A stretch of DNA of 64,000 nucleotides from Octopus vulgaris. Its lineage: Eukaryota. Positions within the stretch are counted from its first letter, which is position 1; every line of letters begins with the position of its first letter. The translations under genes were made by a program, and so were the position numbers. The stretch covers positions 1,736,001 to 1,800,000 of the forward strand of contig OX597825.1 of assembly GCA_951406725.2 (NCBI GenBank), in the 5' to 3' direction. Positions 52,832 through 64,000 of the stretch are shown piece after piece. The notes below the pieces were generated by a model, which was not told the origin of the DNA, searched no databases, and saw nothing but the letters and a program-made list of their open reading frames with translations.

Positions 52832-52858
52832 GACGTTTCAAGTACAGTTCTTCGTCAG
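52832..52858 (-). ncRNA. Minimal hammerhead-ribozyme-like motif (PLE type)
   Basis: Minus strand CTGACGA-agaactgtactt-GAAA-CG-TC; intact core, palindromic ACGT stem III, decayed stem II. Confidence 0.55.
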
Positions 52859-53173
52859 AAAGAGGAGAGAGGAGAAAGTCCAGAGAGGTGGAGAAGAATA
52901 GTCGAAGAGAAACACGTGTGCCGTTACATGGCAGAGAAATGACATATCCACACACATACGTACGCACACACATATATGAAAGTGTATACAAATATGTGCA
53001 TGTTCTGAGTCTCCTTCCTCAGTTACGTAGGTTCGATCCCACCATGTAACGTTTCGTGTTCACTTTTACGATACTTTTGGAATGACCAATACTTTGTAAG
53101 GGATATTTAGTCGTAACTTCAGTTTCAAGCTTGGCAAATGTAGATGCATGAAACTCGAGTCTCTAAAGAAACA

Positions 53174-53175
<2 letters not shown>

Positions 53176-53229
<54 letters not shown>

Positions 53230-53272
53230 CGTATATATACATATATCTATATACATATATCTATATACATAT

Positions 53273-53322
<50 letters not shown>

Positions 53323-53327
53323 TATAC

Positions 53328-53383
<56 letters not shown>

Positions 53384-53430
53384 GCATACATATATACATA
53401 TACATAGATACACACACACACACACCTATA
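53176..53430. repeat. (TA)n/(CA)n microsatellite field
   Basis: Directly visible. Confidence 0.97.
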
Positions 53431-53549
53431 TAAGTGTGTGAGTGTTAGTATGTGTGTCTGTGTGCACGTAAATATATAAGAGTATTCAGTATTTTTTGCG
53501 GTCAAGAGAAGGAATAAAATGAGATGGTGACAGTTAAATGTAGTACAGT

Positions 53550-53590
53550 CTGACGAAGGTGAACATTCCGAAACTCCGAAGTGAATGTCA
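53550..53590 (+). ncRNA. Minimal hammerhead-ribozyme-like motif (GUG at the cleavage site)
   Basis: CTGACGA-a-GGtgaacattCC-GAAA-CTCCGAAG-TG; shares CCGAAACTCCGAAGT with 17069-17083. Confidence 0.55.
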
Positions 53591-53809
53591 ATCATAAACA
53601 TATATTCTACTAAAATTAATTGAGTAGGTCATCACTTTAATGTTAAATAGTTTTCATGTTTTTGTCTATAATTTAACATAAAAACAAGCATTAATTTATG
53701 TATGTGTATGTTTAAAACCGCTGATGGTAATTTTACTAGAAACACCAGTAAAAAGAAGCTACAAACAGGAATTATAAAATACTACTAACAAGAAAAGCTT
53801 TTAAATTGT

Positions 53810-54002
53810 TGCTGGCTCTCCGAAATATAGCAACTAAAACTTCCTCAAATCACATTTTACCTCTTTAAATGAAGGACACATTAGATGACATATGTTCAGG
53901 GCACCCTATTATAGAGAGGGAAATATGCGGCATTTTCACGGTTTGAATCTTTGATTATAGGTCTGCTCGGTCAGGATTCATCTTGAAGTAAAGAACAACA
54001 AC
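53810..54002 (+). mobile_element. Family C repeat
   Basis: atagcaactaaaacttcctcaaatcacat..gaaggacacattagat..ctttgattataggtctgctcggtcagg..aacaacaac. Confidence 0.8.
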
Positions 54003-55339
54003 TCGACTGGCAAAATCTAGAAATGTTAATGGACTTGGAAACGTTATTATCGTAAACTAATCATAAGGGACTAATGAGGAAGTCAACTACATCTACTCAC
54101 AAAATGAAAGGTATTTGATATTAAGATGTATAACTTTGAAAGACAAATGTGTTGCCAAATTCCTTAAAACGTTCTTTCAAGAAAGCTATTATATCCTAGG
54201 CTACTCTGCTATTACAATGAAAAGTGCTATTTACTTTAATGAACTACCTCGGTACTTAGGTACTCAACTGGAGAGAAAAATCAATATCATTATCGATGAA
54301 TCTAAATCGTCAGCTTCAGGTTTTAAAGTAGCGGTGCCAAGCGATCTTCTTAAACTTACGCTCTCAAAGAACATAGGAATGAAAATCAGTTCCAATTAAG
54401 TGACATATAAGTGCCACATTATCTAAACGATATTATAGCAGAGACAAAGAAATTTACGCCAAATGTATTTTTATTTCCTTTCCCCCAATAAGAAGAGACA
54501 CAAGTATTTCATATTCGAGAGAAATCACAGAAAAATACTTATACTTCTTTCGGTTGACGGTTAATTCAAGAAAACATGTTCGGTTCATAAAATAGCATTT
54601 TCTGCTATCGAAGAGTGGCTTTTTAGAGATGTATTATTCTCGTAGAGCGTATTGTATCCGTGTAATTATAAAGATTGTATTACTCACTCAGAAGGTCAAC
54701 CATGACCTTTTACAGGGCGTCTGAGGTGGGTGGGGTAAAGCGAAAAGGGAACCACAACTTCATATGGTTTATCATCATATGAGAAAATCCTGTCCAAATG
54801 GTTGCAAAGATTGGACTCCTCTAAAGGTGTCCAGGAACCAGGTAGTAGTGTTAAATCGAACTACGAATTAGGCTTACAACATATGGACAATTGCAGTTTC
54901 TGCTGTATCTCGAATTTAATTCCTAATCCTTCGAGCGAACCCAGGATATGATAGAATGTACTGCACATTACGATTAAATTAGAAAACAACATATTTTCAA
55001 AGAGAACATTCAAGTACATGATCGTAGCTGAACCCTTATAGTTAGCATATACGCTAACATTCGTATGTGTACGCTTCGGATTACATTTTGTTACTGATCA
55101 CTTGTCTATTCTTTTAATATATAATTTCTGAAACATATTCGTAATTATTTGTTGTTCATATTTGTTATTTCATTCGTGACTATGCCGTGTTATTTTCCGG
55201 ATATCAGACATCAAGTGCTATATTATCTAAAGTTACGGCTATTGTTTTTAAGACGGCAGGAACAATAACTAGAAATATACAAGTGTGTTAATGACAACGT
55301 AATCATTGGATGTATTCTTGATACGGTGTAACAGTATCA

Positions 55340-55690
55340 TTTCCTCTTTCACTTGTTTCAGTAATTAAACTGCAGTCATGCTGGAGCAGAGCTCTGAAAG
55401 CCTTTAGTCGTTCATACAGATCTCAATACTTAATTTTGAAATCTGATACTTAATTTAGCAATTTATATTTATCGAAGCGCTAAGTTTTTCAATCGGTGAC
55501 ACATAAAAACACACGCGCACCAACGCCAACACACGCTCTTACACACACTCTTTTTCTCATGCTTATATACGATGGTCTTCCGCATAGTTTCCGTCTACTA
55601 GTTTTAATCACAATGTCAGTACGGGTCTATAGTAGAAGACACTTTCCTGATGTGCCCAGTTTACAAAGCTAACTTTTTAACAGTCACAAG
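55340..55690 (-). mobile_element. SINE family B, degenerate
   Basis: cttgtttcagt..ctgcagtcatgctggagca..cctttagtcg..gcgctaagt..agtttccgtctac..ctatagtagaagacactt. Confidence 0.8.
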
Positions 55691-57627
55691 CATGATGGAA
55701 GGCCTCGATCTGAGAACAGTTAAGCCCTGGACGCATTACACCGAAAAGAGATGGAACTCATTTGAACTGAAAAGTACTTAAGAAGGGTTCATCCGATTAT
55801 CGATGGCGACAATGCAGTCTGAGATACACAATCCAGAAAAATAAACGGAGTGGTCATAGGTCAGCTCAGTGAGGGCTGATCGGGGTTGGAAAAACCACCA
55901 AAACAATAGTTAATACTTATGTCATTGACCCCTGAAAGGATGAAAGATAAACTTAACCCCAAGGGAATTTGAACTCATTATGTAAAAATTAGAGATGACT
56001 ACATATCACAAATCATCTTTTCGTCGGGAAATCTAAAAATTAAAAAGAAAACTGCTGCCAGTTGATCATGTACTAGATTGTTGGTAAATTATTCTCTTTG
56101 AGAAATATTATTATCGCCATAATCTGAAATTATTGTCCAAATATCTTTTCTGCTGTCCAACACAACTCTCTAACGGAAACTTCAAATGGAAATTACGTGT
56201 CAGCAAATGACTCACTGTACATACATAATCTACTTCAAATTAATTATTCTTTTGTATATCATAATGTTGACATCAGAACGTTTAAGCGAGGTATATTGGT
56301 TTATATTTCATTGTTCATGATTCACTGATTTAAATCCCTCCATTGGGTATTAGAGTAAAAGCTTTGGAAAGATGAACGTTTCTGATTTCTAAAAGTATTC
56401 AGTATTTCGTAGTGTTCAGAGGGAAGGATCGTAATAACATTTGGTTTCTGTACTAAACTCTATACTTACACTATATATCTAAAATATGCTAACCTATACG
56501 TATAAAGCATATATAAATATATTTTGCTAATAGTGATAAATTAGCTGTTATTCTTGTTTAGTCACAAACTAGCCATGATCGAGTCGTACCATGAGAAATG
56601 TTCTATCCATGATCACCTATTTTTCAGAAAGAATGTCTCAAGGTTTACATTTACATTATCTAACGTGTGGTTTCTTTTTTCCATTTTCTTTTCTATGTTA
56701 AGGTGAGATAAATCGTAAATTGGCAGTTTCGTAAACATTGGTGAATATCTTCATTGCCCGTTAAAAAATAAACAAAAATAAAATCACATCACAAATTCTT
56801 CATTTAATGTGTCAATATACACATATCATCTCAATAAATAAAATCATGTTTTATAGAAAATTTTCCAGTCGTCTATAAGCATGTCCTTTTATGGTTTCGT
56901 TCAGTAAAAAAAAAAAAACAACCAAAAACACAGTTTCGTTGATAATAATTGTGACTGACATCCAAGATATCACATTCAGTATTATCTCAACGTGAGTGCG
57001 TAGTTTAGATTTGCCGTCTTCAATTAATATAGTGATTAAATGGTCTCAGGAAAAAATATTTTGGAAGAAATACATTCACAAAGAAATAAATCGGCCCTTT
57101 AATGAGCAGCAGAAATCAGTCCTATAATAAGAGCAATTTCATAAATATAAAAAACAGTATTTTGGAGTTTACCCTTTGGCTAAGATATTACGAGTTCAAT
57201 AAAAAGCAAGTTACTATTAATATTCTTGAAATCGTATTCAACATGAAAGATTAGTAAAGTTTATATTTAAAAACGTTCCACCATCTTTTAACAAAATTCA
57301 GTTTTTTCAAGAGTGAAAATTTGCCGTTTATTCAACATTTGGAAAGAAACACTTCACTCAAGCATAGCTTATGATGGTGTCTACTTTTTAATATATTCAA
57401 ACAAATATATTTTACAAATGTTGCAAGAAGTTTTTTTTTTTTCTGAGACAAAAATTCAGGAAATATTTATTCACATATTTGTAAACGGATTGTCTTCATA
57501 CACTGACATCAAGTTAATTTGATTGTCTCGCAAAATATCATCTTTTTTCGCTAACTATTTTTTTTCTTTTTATCTTACGAAGGAAGACATGAAAGTTTGA
57601 TACAACTTTCACGATACTTCGATTATG

Positions 57628-57830
<203 letters not shown>

Positions 57831-58936
57831 AGCTAGTAGTTACGTCGGACAGAAGATTACTGTCTAAGATCAAACTACAAGTCACTAAGCATCGCTGAAT
57901 TTATCCAATCCCTACCATAAAATTCTTACTGTACGAATGAATTTCGTTCTCCCTCTTTACTCCATTTTTTCGTATTTAATACGCAATACCTAATTTGGAA
58001 GCACATACTTACGTGCATGCATATGTATGTGTATATGTATGCATGTCTCTATGAATCATGATGTGTGTGTGTGTGTGTACACGAAGAAAAGCAAAATATT
58101 ATGAACATTTTGAACATTTTTGGCTCGCAGGTTTTCAAAACCTCGCATTTATTTAAGAGGAAAGTAATTCAAATGTAAGTCGGTAGTCAGATTATAAACA
58201 GGACAGTTAAAGAGAAGGTAACAATTATAAAAGAACATGCCAACTAAGAACAGTCAAAGTACTAACCAAAGACGAAGACCCTACGCTGTCTGTTTCTGGA
58301 AATAAAGACCAAATTGCTTTCAAGAAATCCACATATCATGTTTGAAAATCAGAGACTGATTTGTGAACCCTCCCTGCTGAAAATTGAGAGAATGGTCCGA
58401 TTTTGAATGCTATTTGCTCACAGATCTGCTCGATAAGGTCTCATATGGGAACAAAACAAAAAACTAAAGATTATAGCAATTTGAAGTAGAAAACTACCTT
58501 TCTAAAGAGACTACAGCTCACATCAATTTCTTTGTCTGGGGAACTCACACAACACGGACTAATATTATGAATGGATTTAGTTGCCCGTATGATCAAATAT
58601 CTCATCGTAACATACCTTATATTGGTGAGACTGTGCATGTGGCAAAAATGAAAACAAAGTGTTATATATTCACGTAACACCAAAACGATTCTCATAAAGT
58701 TAACCTATGAAAACATTTTCAGCCATGACCATCCGACCTTCATTTCAACATATTGTATTAAGTATCGCATTCTTCCAGTTGGTCTTTCCTCTTTGCAACA
58801 CGGCAGGGTGTGGTCGAGCGACTACTTACCGGTATCTTAGTTTGTTATTTTCATATCGCTATGTAAAACAGGAGGAAGAGCGCTTGCGATGTTTTTAAAG
58901 TTCCCGGGAGAATTTATTTAAGAGATTATATATGTG

Positions 58937-58978
<42 letters not shown>

Positions 58979-58998
58979 GATACAAAATGGTAATACAG

Positions 58999-59048
<50 letters not shown>

Positions 59049-59648
59049 AAGAAATTGTACAATAAATTTACAAACACACTACAAAAATATTGTGACAGCC
59101 TTATTCATTTAGCAGCAAATAGAAACACAGGCACAACAGAAAGTGTCTTCGTTTTGAAGCAACGCAAAAGCAAAGACCATAACAACAACTCGTTCTACAA
59201 AATAAAATGTTAAACAATAGCAGACACGAACAACAACGAGAATATGAATATTGAAATGAAGAACATTCACACGAAGACACATTAATTTTAAAAGCAAGTC
59301 TTCATAAGTGTTGAAGACACGAAACTGTTGCTACAATTGTTATAGAGTTTCAATGTTACCATAAAATGTAAATGTCTGTAAAATTGAGTGACTTAAGGGA
59401 ATTTTCTTTTTTCAATGATCTTGACTCATGTTTACAAGATAGCATGCATCAATAAACAGACCACACACGCGCGCGCACATATGTTGATATGTGTGTATAT
59501 GTATAGATATGCAGGTATATATGTATGTGTGTGTATGTATATATATATATATAAATATATACATATATATCTGTATGTATCTATATATATATATGTATAT
59601 ATGTACATATGTTTGTGAATATATTCACAGAAATATTTGTATTCATTA

Positions 59649-59694
<46 letters not shown>

Positions 59695-59992
59695 TGAACT
59701 ACAAAAGAAACGTCGCACTATAAAAGATTATTCATTTCCCACACGATATTGAGGTTATATGGATTTTATTATATTTCTGGGTAATTTGACACCAGGAAGA
59801 TATCACTGACCCACAACACGACTCTCTTTTGAAAACACAATGATTGTATGTATGGTTCGAACTCGCTCTCTTTTCGTGAACATGGTAATGATCGCGAACG
59901 TGTCTTTATGAAAAGCAGGATGCACGTACGAAATGCTGACTCATCTCCTAATATAATAATGAGCGTAGTGTTTTTACATATCTGTATTTATA

Positions 59993-60095
59993 TAAGTACC
60001 AGTTACGCACTGGGGTCGATGTAATCGACTTAATCCGTTTGTCTGTCCTTGTTTGTCCCCTCTGTGTTTAGCCCCTTGTGGGTAGTAAAGAAATA
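59993..60095 (+). mobile_element. SINE family A, 5'-truncated young copy, tail type 1
   Basis: 103 bp matching the reverse complement of 23708-23810 with 2 substitutions. Confidence 0.95.
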
Positions 60096-60432
60096 TATGT
60101 TTGTATTTATATATTTATCCAAAATCACGCAGTAGGAGTGAAAGGTGAAGGGAGAGGTGAGAAAATAGTAATTCAGTGAAGACGTAGTGAGAGATAGTAA
60201 TAGCAATGAGAGAAAGGAAGTGGCAAAGAGGTCGCCCTGTATCTCCTACTATAATAATCTACTATAATAATACACTTGGGTATTTTTCCGTCACAGCACA
60301 TGAATGAGAAAGGAAGGAGTGCTCCACCGATGGAAGTGGGAGGGTGAAACGTCAACGGTGAAACAAAAATCAATCAGCGCTTCAACTCTGCGTGAGTATA
60401 TGTGTGTGTGTGTGTAAAAGGGAGAAATGTGA

Positions 60433-60825
60433 ATGTTTGTTCCGGAGGGAAACGCAATCTTTCAGGATGATAATGTACCAGTTCACATAGCTAAAATTGT
60501 TACTGAATCGCTCAAGGAACATTCTAGTGAAGTTGAACATCTTATCTGGCCACCACAGTCCCCAGATCTCAATATTATTGAACATTTATGGTGCATCTTA
60601 GAAAAACAAGTAAGGACTTGATATCCTCCACCATCATCAGTACAAGAACTGGAGACTGTTTTAGCTGAAGAATGAAGAAGAAATTCCTTTGGAAACAATT
60701 CAAACTTTGTACGAGTCCATACCTCGTAGAATTCAAGCTGCAATTCCTGCCAAAGGCGGCCCTAACTCATTAAAATTAATTTGTTTGAAATTTTAAGGTG
60801 CTTCCATTATTTTGTCCAACCCTTG
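60433..60825 (+). mobile_element. Tc1/mariner transposon 3' remnant (DD36E) with right TIR
   Basis: IFQDDNVPVH..WPPQSPDLNIIEHLW..*YPPPSSVQELETVLAEE*..IPLETIQTLYESIPRRIQAAIPAKGGP; TIR-like end GGTGCTTCCATTATTTTGTCCAACCCTTG. Confidence 0.93.
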
Positions 60826-61033
60826 TGTATATATAATGAAAATAGGATAGAATAATTTTATCAGGAAGAACATTTTAGTACCGGTTTCAGACTTTGCAAC
60901 TTTTTCAACTCAGAGTAAAGCATGAAAGACAAATTGTGGAAAAATTAAATGAAATGTTTTTAAAAATATTTCCATAGTTTTCAAATACGTGGGACATTTT
61001 CCTTTTTTCTGTCTGTCTGTCTGTCTGTCTGTC

Positions 61034-61065
<32 letters not shown>

Positions 61066-61311
61066 CCTCTCTCTCTTACTTTTGTGAAGGCTCGGTAGGT
61101 AGGTAGTAGCAGATCTGAAGAAAAATATATGTGGAGGGGAATGTGTGTGTGTGTGTATGTAAATGTAGATATTGCAGTTTTAATCGATCTCTACGAGCTG
61201 TTTCACCAATACAAGAAGAGAACGACATAGACGGTGATATAACTTCATGTCCACGTGAATTAATAAGCAGGAAGAATGGACTTTAAACGTTCCACATAAA
61301 GAAAATATGCG

Positions 61312-61480
61312 ATGTTTACCACAAATTACTTCATGGGATGTCTAACTGCTTCGGGAAACGTTCACGTAGTGGGCTTCACGGAAACACTTGCAAATCAATA
61401 TACACCCGCTATTAGCATGTATGAATTCGCCAGGAGGAGATAAAGGAGTGATTCGGTCATTCATATAAATATACATGAGA
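61312..61480 (+). mobile_element. Possible LINE APE-endonuclease N-terminal remnant
   Basis: NVHVVGFTETL..ISMYEFARR resembles DII.+TETWL..I.GY..+R.DR; short and weak. Confidence 0.33.
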
Positions 61481-61629
61481 GATAAGCAGTCTTAAAAAGT
61501 TTATGAAAAAAAGAATGCCCCCCCCCCCCATCCCCACCACACCTGCAAAAAAGAAAAGAGCACGAAACCTTTATCGTGGTTTGTTGCTGGAAATGATAGG
61601 TGGAAACAATACTAAATATATTGTATGTA

Positions 61630-61850
61630 ATAATGCATGAATCCTCAGTCATAGTCTCTTGGGACCGGTTGCCCGGATTCTGAGGCGCATATGTCGCCAA
61701 AACTGGATTAATCGTATTTGCCAGATGAGGGTACAGGAACAACGGGAAATGAAATGTTTGCTTAAGAACCCAACGTATCGCCCGGCACAGGAATTGGAAC
61801 TACAATCTCAAGGATACGAGCGCAACACCCTAACCACTAAGCCACGCGCC
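61630..61850 (-). mobile_element. SINE family D (tRNA-derived)
   Basis: Minus strand GGCGCGTGGCTTAGTGGTTAGG (A box), GTTCCAATTCC (B box), then gttcttaagcaaacatttcatttcccgttg body; no tRNA acceptor stem. Confidence 0.82.
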
Positions 61851-62163
61851 TGCACACACGCACGCGCGCATACACACACACACACTCAGACATACACACA
61901 CAGTGTGTGTATGGAAAAAATAACAGAGAGCACGGCATTGAATACTTGAAGTATTCACACTCACCGATACACACAAAACACAGATATATGCATATGTGTG
62001 TGTGTGTGCGTGTGTGTGCGTGTGTGTATATGTGTGTTAATTTATTAATGACCAGCTAACTGCTTAAACCCTTCCAATACTCTCAAAGCTACCTTTGATA
62101 AAGTCACGTGGATTGAAACAGGTAGCTGGTCATTAAAAATACATATATTCATACACACTTGAA

Positions 62164-62225
<62 letters not shown>

Positions 62226-62374
62226 GATATACATACATACATGTATACATAAATACATGTATGTGTGTATGCATATGTGTATTTATAGCGAGCTAATTGT
62301 ATTAATCCTAATTGTAATTTACTCAACACAAGCTTTGAGTATAGGAAAGGTTTATACGCTTTTGCAGGTCATTA

Positions 62375-62503
<129 letters not shown>

Positions 62504-62751
62504 TACATATATGAACTTCTTCAAGTGATGAACAATGTATTTTTTCGGTGTGTTTTGCTCATACGAATGAGTCAAAACATGTATGTATGTATGTATGTAT
62601 GTATGTCTGACTGTCTGTCAGTATGTATATATGTACATATGTATATATCTGCATATGTGCATACATATACAACTATAAATATATAAATAGATAATTATTT
62701 GTATACACATACACCCACATATGCGAGTTGGTTTTCATTTTTATTGATATA

Positions 62752-62786
<35 letters not shown>

Positions 62787-62999
62787 ATGTATCTATGTAT
62801 GCATCTATATGTCGCTATATTTATGCATATGCACACACACACATACACACACACGCACATACACACACACACATCTAAGCACATATTTAGTTAGTTTCTA
62901 GGGATATTAAGATATTTCTGGTTTCCGCAGAAACATAAAAAGAACTCGAAGCTATTAGATGTGGGAGTAATTTCTTTCTTTCCATCTTTCTCTCCTTCC

Positions 63000-63046
<47 letters not shown>

Positions 63047-63932
63047 CTCCCGTTTCTTTGAGTCCATTTTTAATATCTGTTTGCCTGTTTCTTTTCAGAA
63101 GAGGAATCAATACTCTTCCCCAGTGAAGCAAACTCTACTCTACAAGGAAGTGATCAAGTTCGGTGAAGAAGTACCCGATAGCGAAGGAGAGCGGAGCGCA
63201 GTTGATGGATGCTGAAAGAATAAAGGGTAGAAAGAGGAAGAGGAAGACGAGCAGGTGAAGGAAAGAACATCACTAGGAAAGGTGAGAAATGTTCCATATT
63301 TTTTAGGTTATCTTTTCTTTATGTTATGTTGCTATTGAAGAATCGATGTTACCAATAAAGGGAGAGGATGAGCGTAGTTCCCACCTGGTGGGTTTACCGT
63401 ACAAGCAGGAATGAAGATTCATTGTTTCCTATTGACAATACACGAACGAAGATTCAGGAATCTCCAAAAATTACTGACGTTTACGACGAAGCAGTCGTAA
63501 ATTCTCATTCTTTATGGTTTATCTCTGCTGCTCTCCCCTTCCTCACCCCTTTCCCTCTCTTTCCACTTGTCCTTCCCTTTCTCTGTATATTTACGTGCGT
63601 ATGCGAGCTTTTGCATACAACATATACGCATATACATACACACGTAAAACCCTTACACTCGCACACATATATCTATACACAAATACATGCCTACACACAC
63701 ACACAGGCATACACACACACAGGCATACACACATATATGCATGTCATGAAACGAACAATGCATGAAAGGGAATTAAAATCAGGAAAGATGCAAATACGCG
63801 AGCCACATGGCTAATCAACCAATGAGCCATTGCGAATATTCGTTCCTAAAACAGAAGGTATGTACGTATGTACGTATGAATCTATGTATGTGCGTATGTA
63901 TGTATGCATATGTATGCATGTATATATGTATG

Positions 63933-63983
<51 letters not shown>

Positions 63984-64000
63984 ATGTGGATGTATATATA

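Noticed and set aside
59690-59720. TATACTGAACTACAAAAGAAACG as the left TIR of the DD36E element
   Set aside because: It is not complementary to the right TIR at 60797-60825; at most it is the end of an unrelated Tc1.
60879-60908. Fourth hammerhead-like motif (minus strand TTGAAAA..GAAACCGGTA)
   Set aside because: The palindromic ACCGGT ending fits, but two core positions are changed and stem II is absent; too decayed to call.
61770-61850. tRNA gene
   Set aside because: It has A/B boxes but no cloverleaf acceptor stem and continues into a SINE body.
63480-63501. 8-bp hairpin TTTACGAC-gaagca-GTCGTAAA, and an 18-bp palindrome near 5008-5025
   Set aside because: Short AT-rich stems like these are expected by chance in 64 kb.

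Overview
Eukaryotic, AT-rich, extremely microsatellite-dense non-coding DNA. The repeat families resemble those I recognise from octopus (Octopus sp.) assemblies; this taxon assignment is an inference. No protein-coding gene can be called with confidence, and most supplied ORFs are translations of (TA)n/(CA)n/(TAT)n tracts. The window contains four SINE-like families (my labels A-D), including one young full-length copy with a 17-bp TSD. It also has decayed non-LTR retrotransposons (four R4/Dong-type pieces, an RTE 3' end, possible Hero-type and APE remnants), Penelope-like remnants with minimal hammerhead-ribozyme motifs, a Chapaev3-type transposon and a Tc1 remnant with DD36E spacing. Unexplained structure: a 521-bp foldback palindrome with a perfect 82-bp outer stem (21166-21686), two ~90%-identical inverted-repeat pairs (40651-41164, 49697-50910), a pre-miRNA-like hairpin (27372-27422), a CpG/GC-box island (44520-44792), and a low-confidence chain of phase-compatible minus-strand exon candidates. 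I cannot demonstrate a new biological system; the best leads are the dsRNA-forming inverted repeats and the hammerhead motifs. Boundaries of degenerate repeats are approximate.
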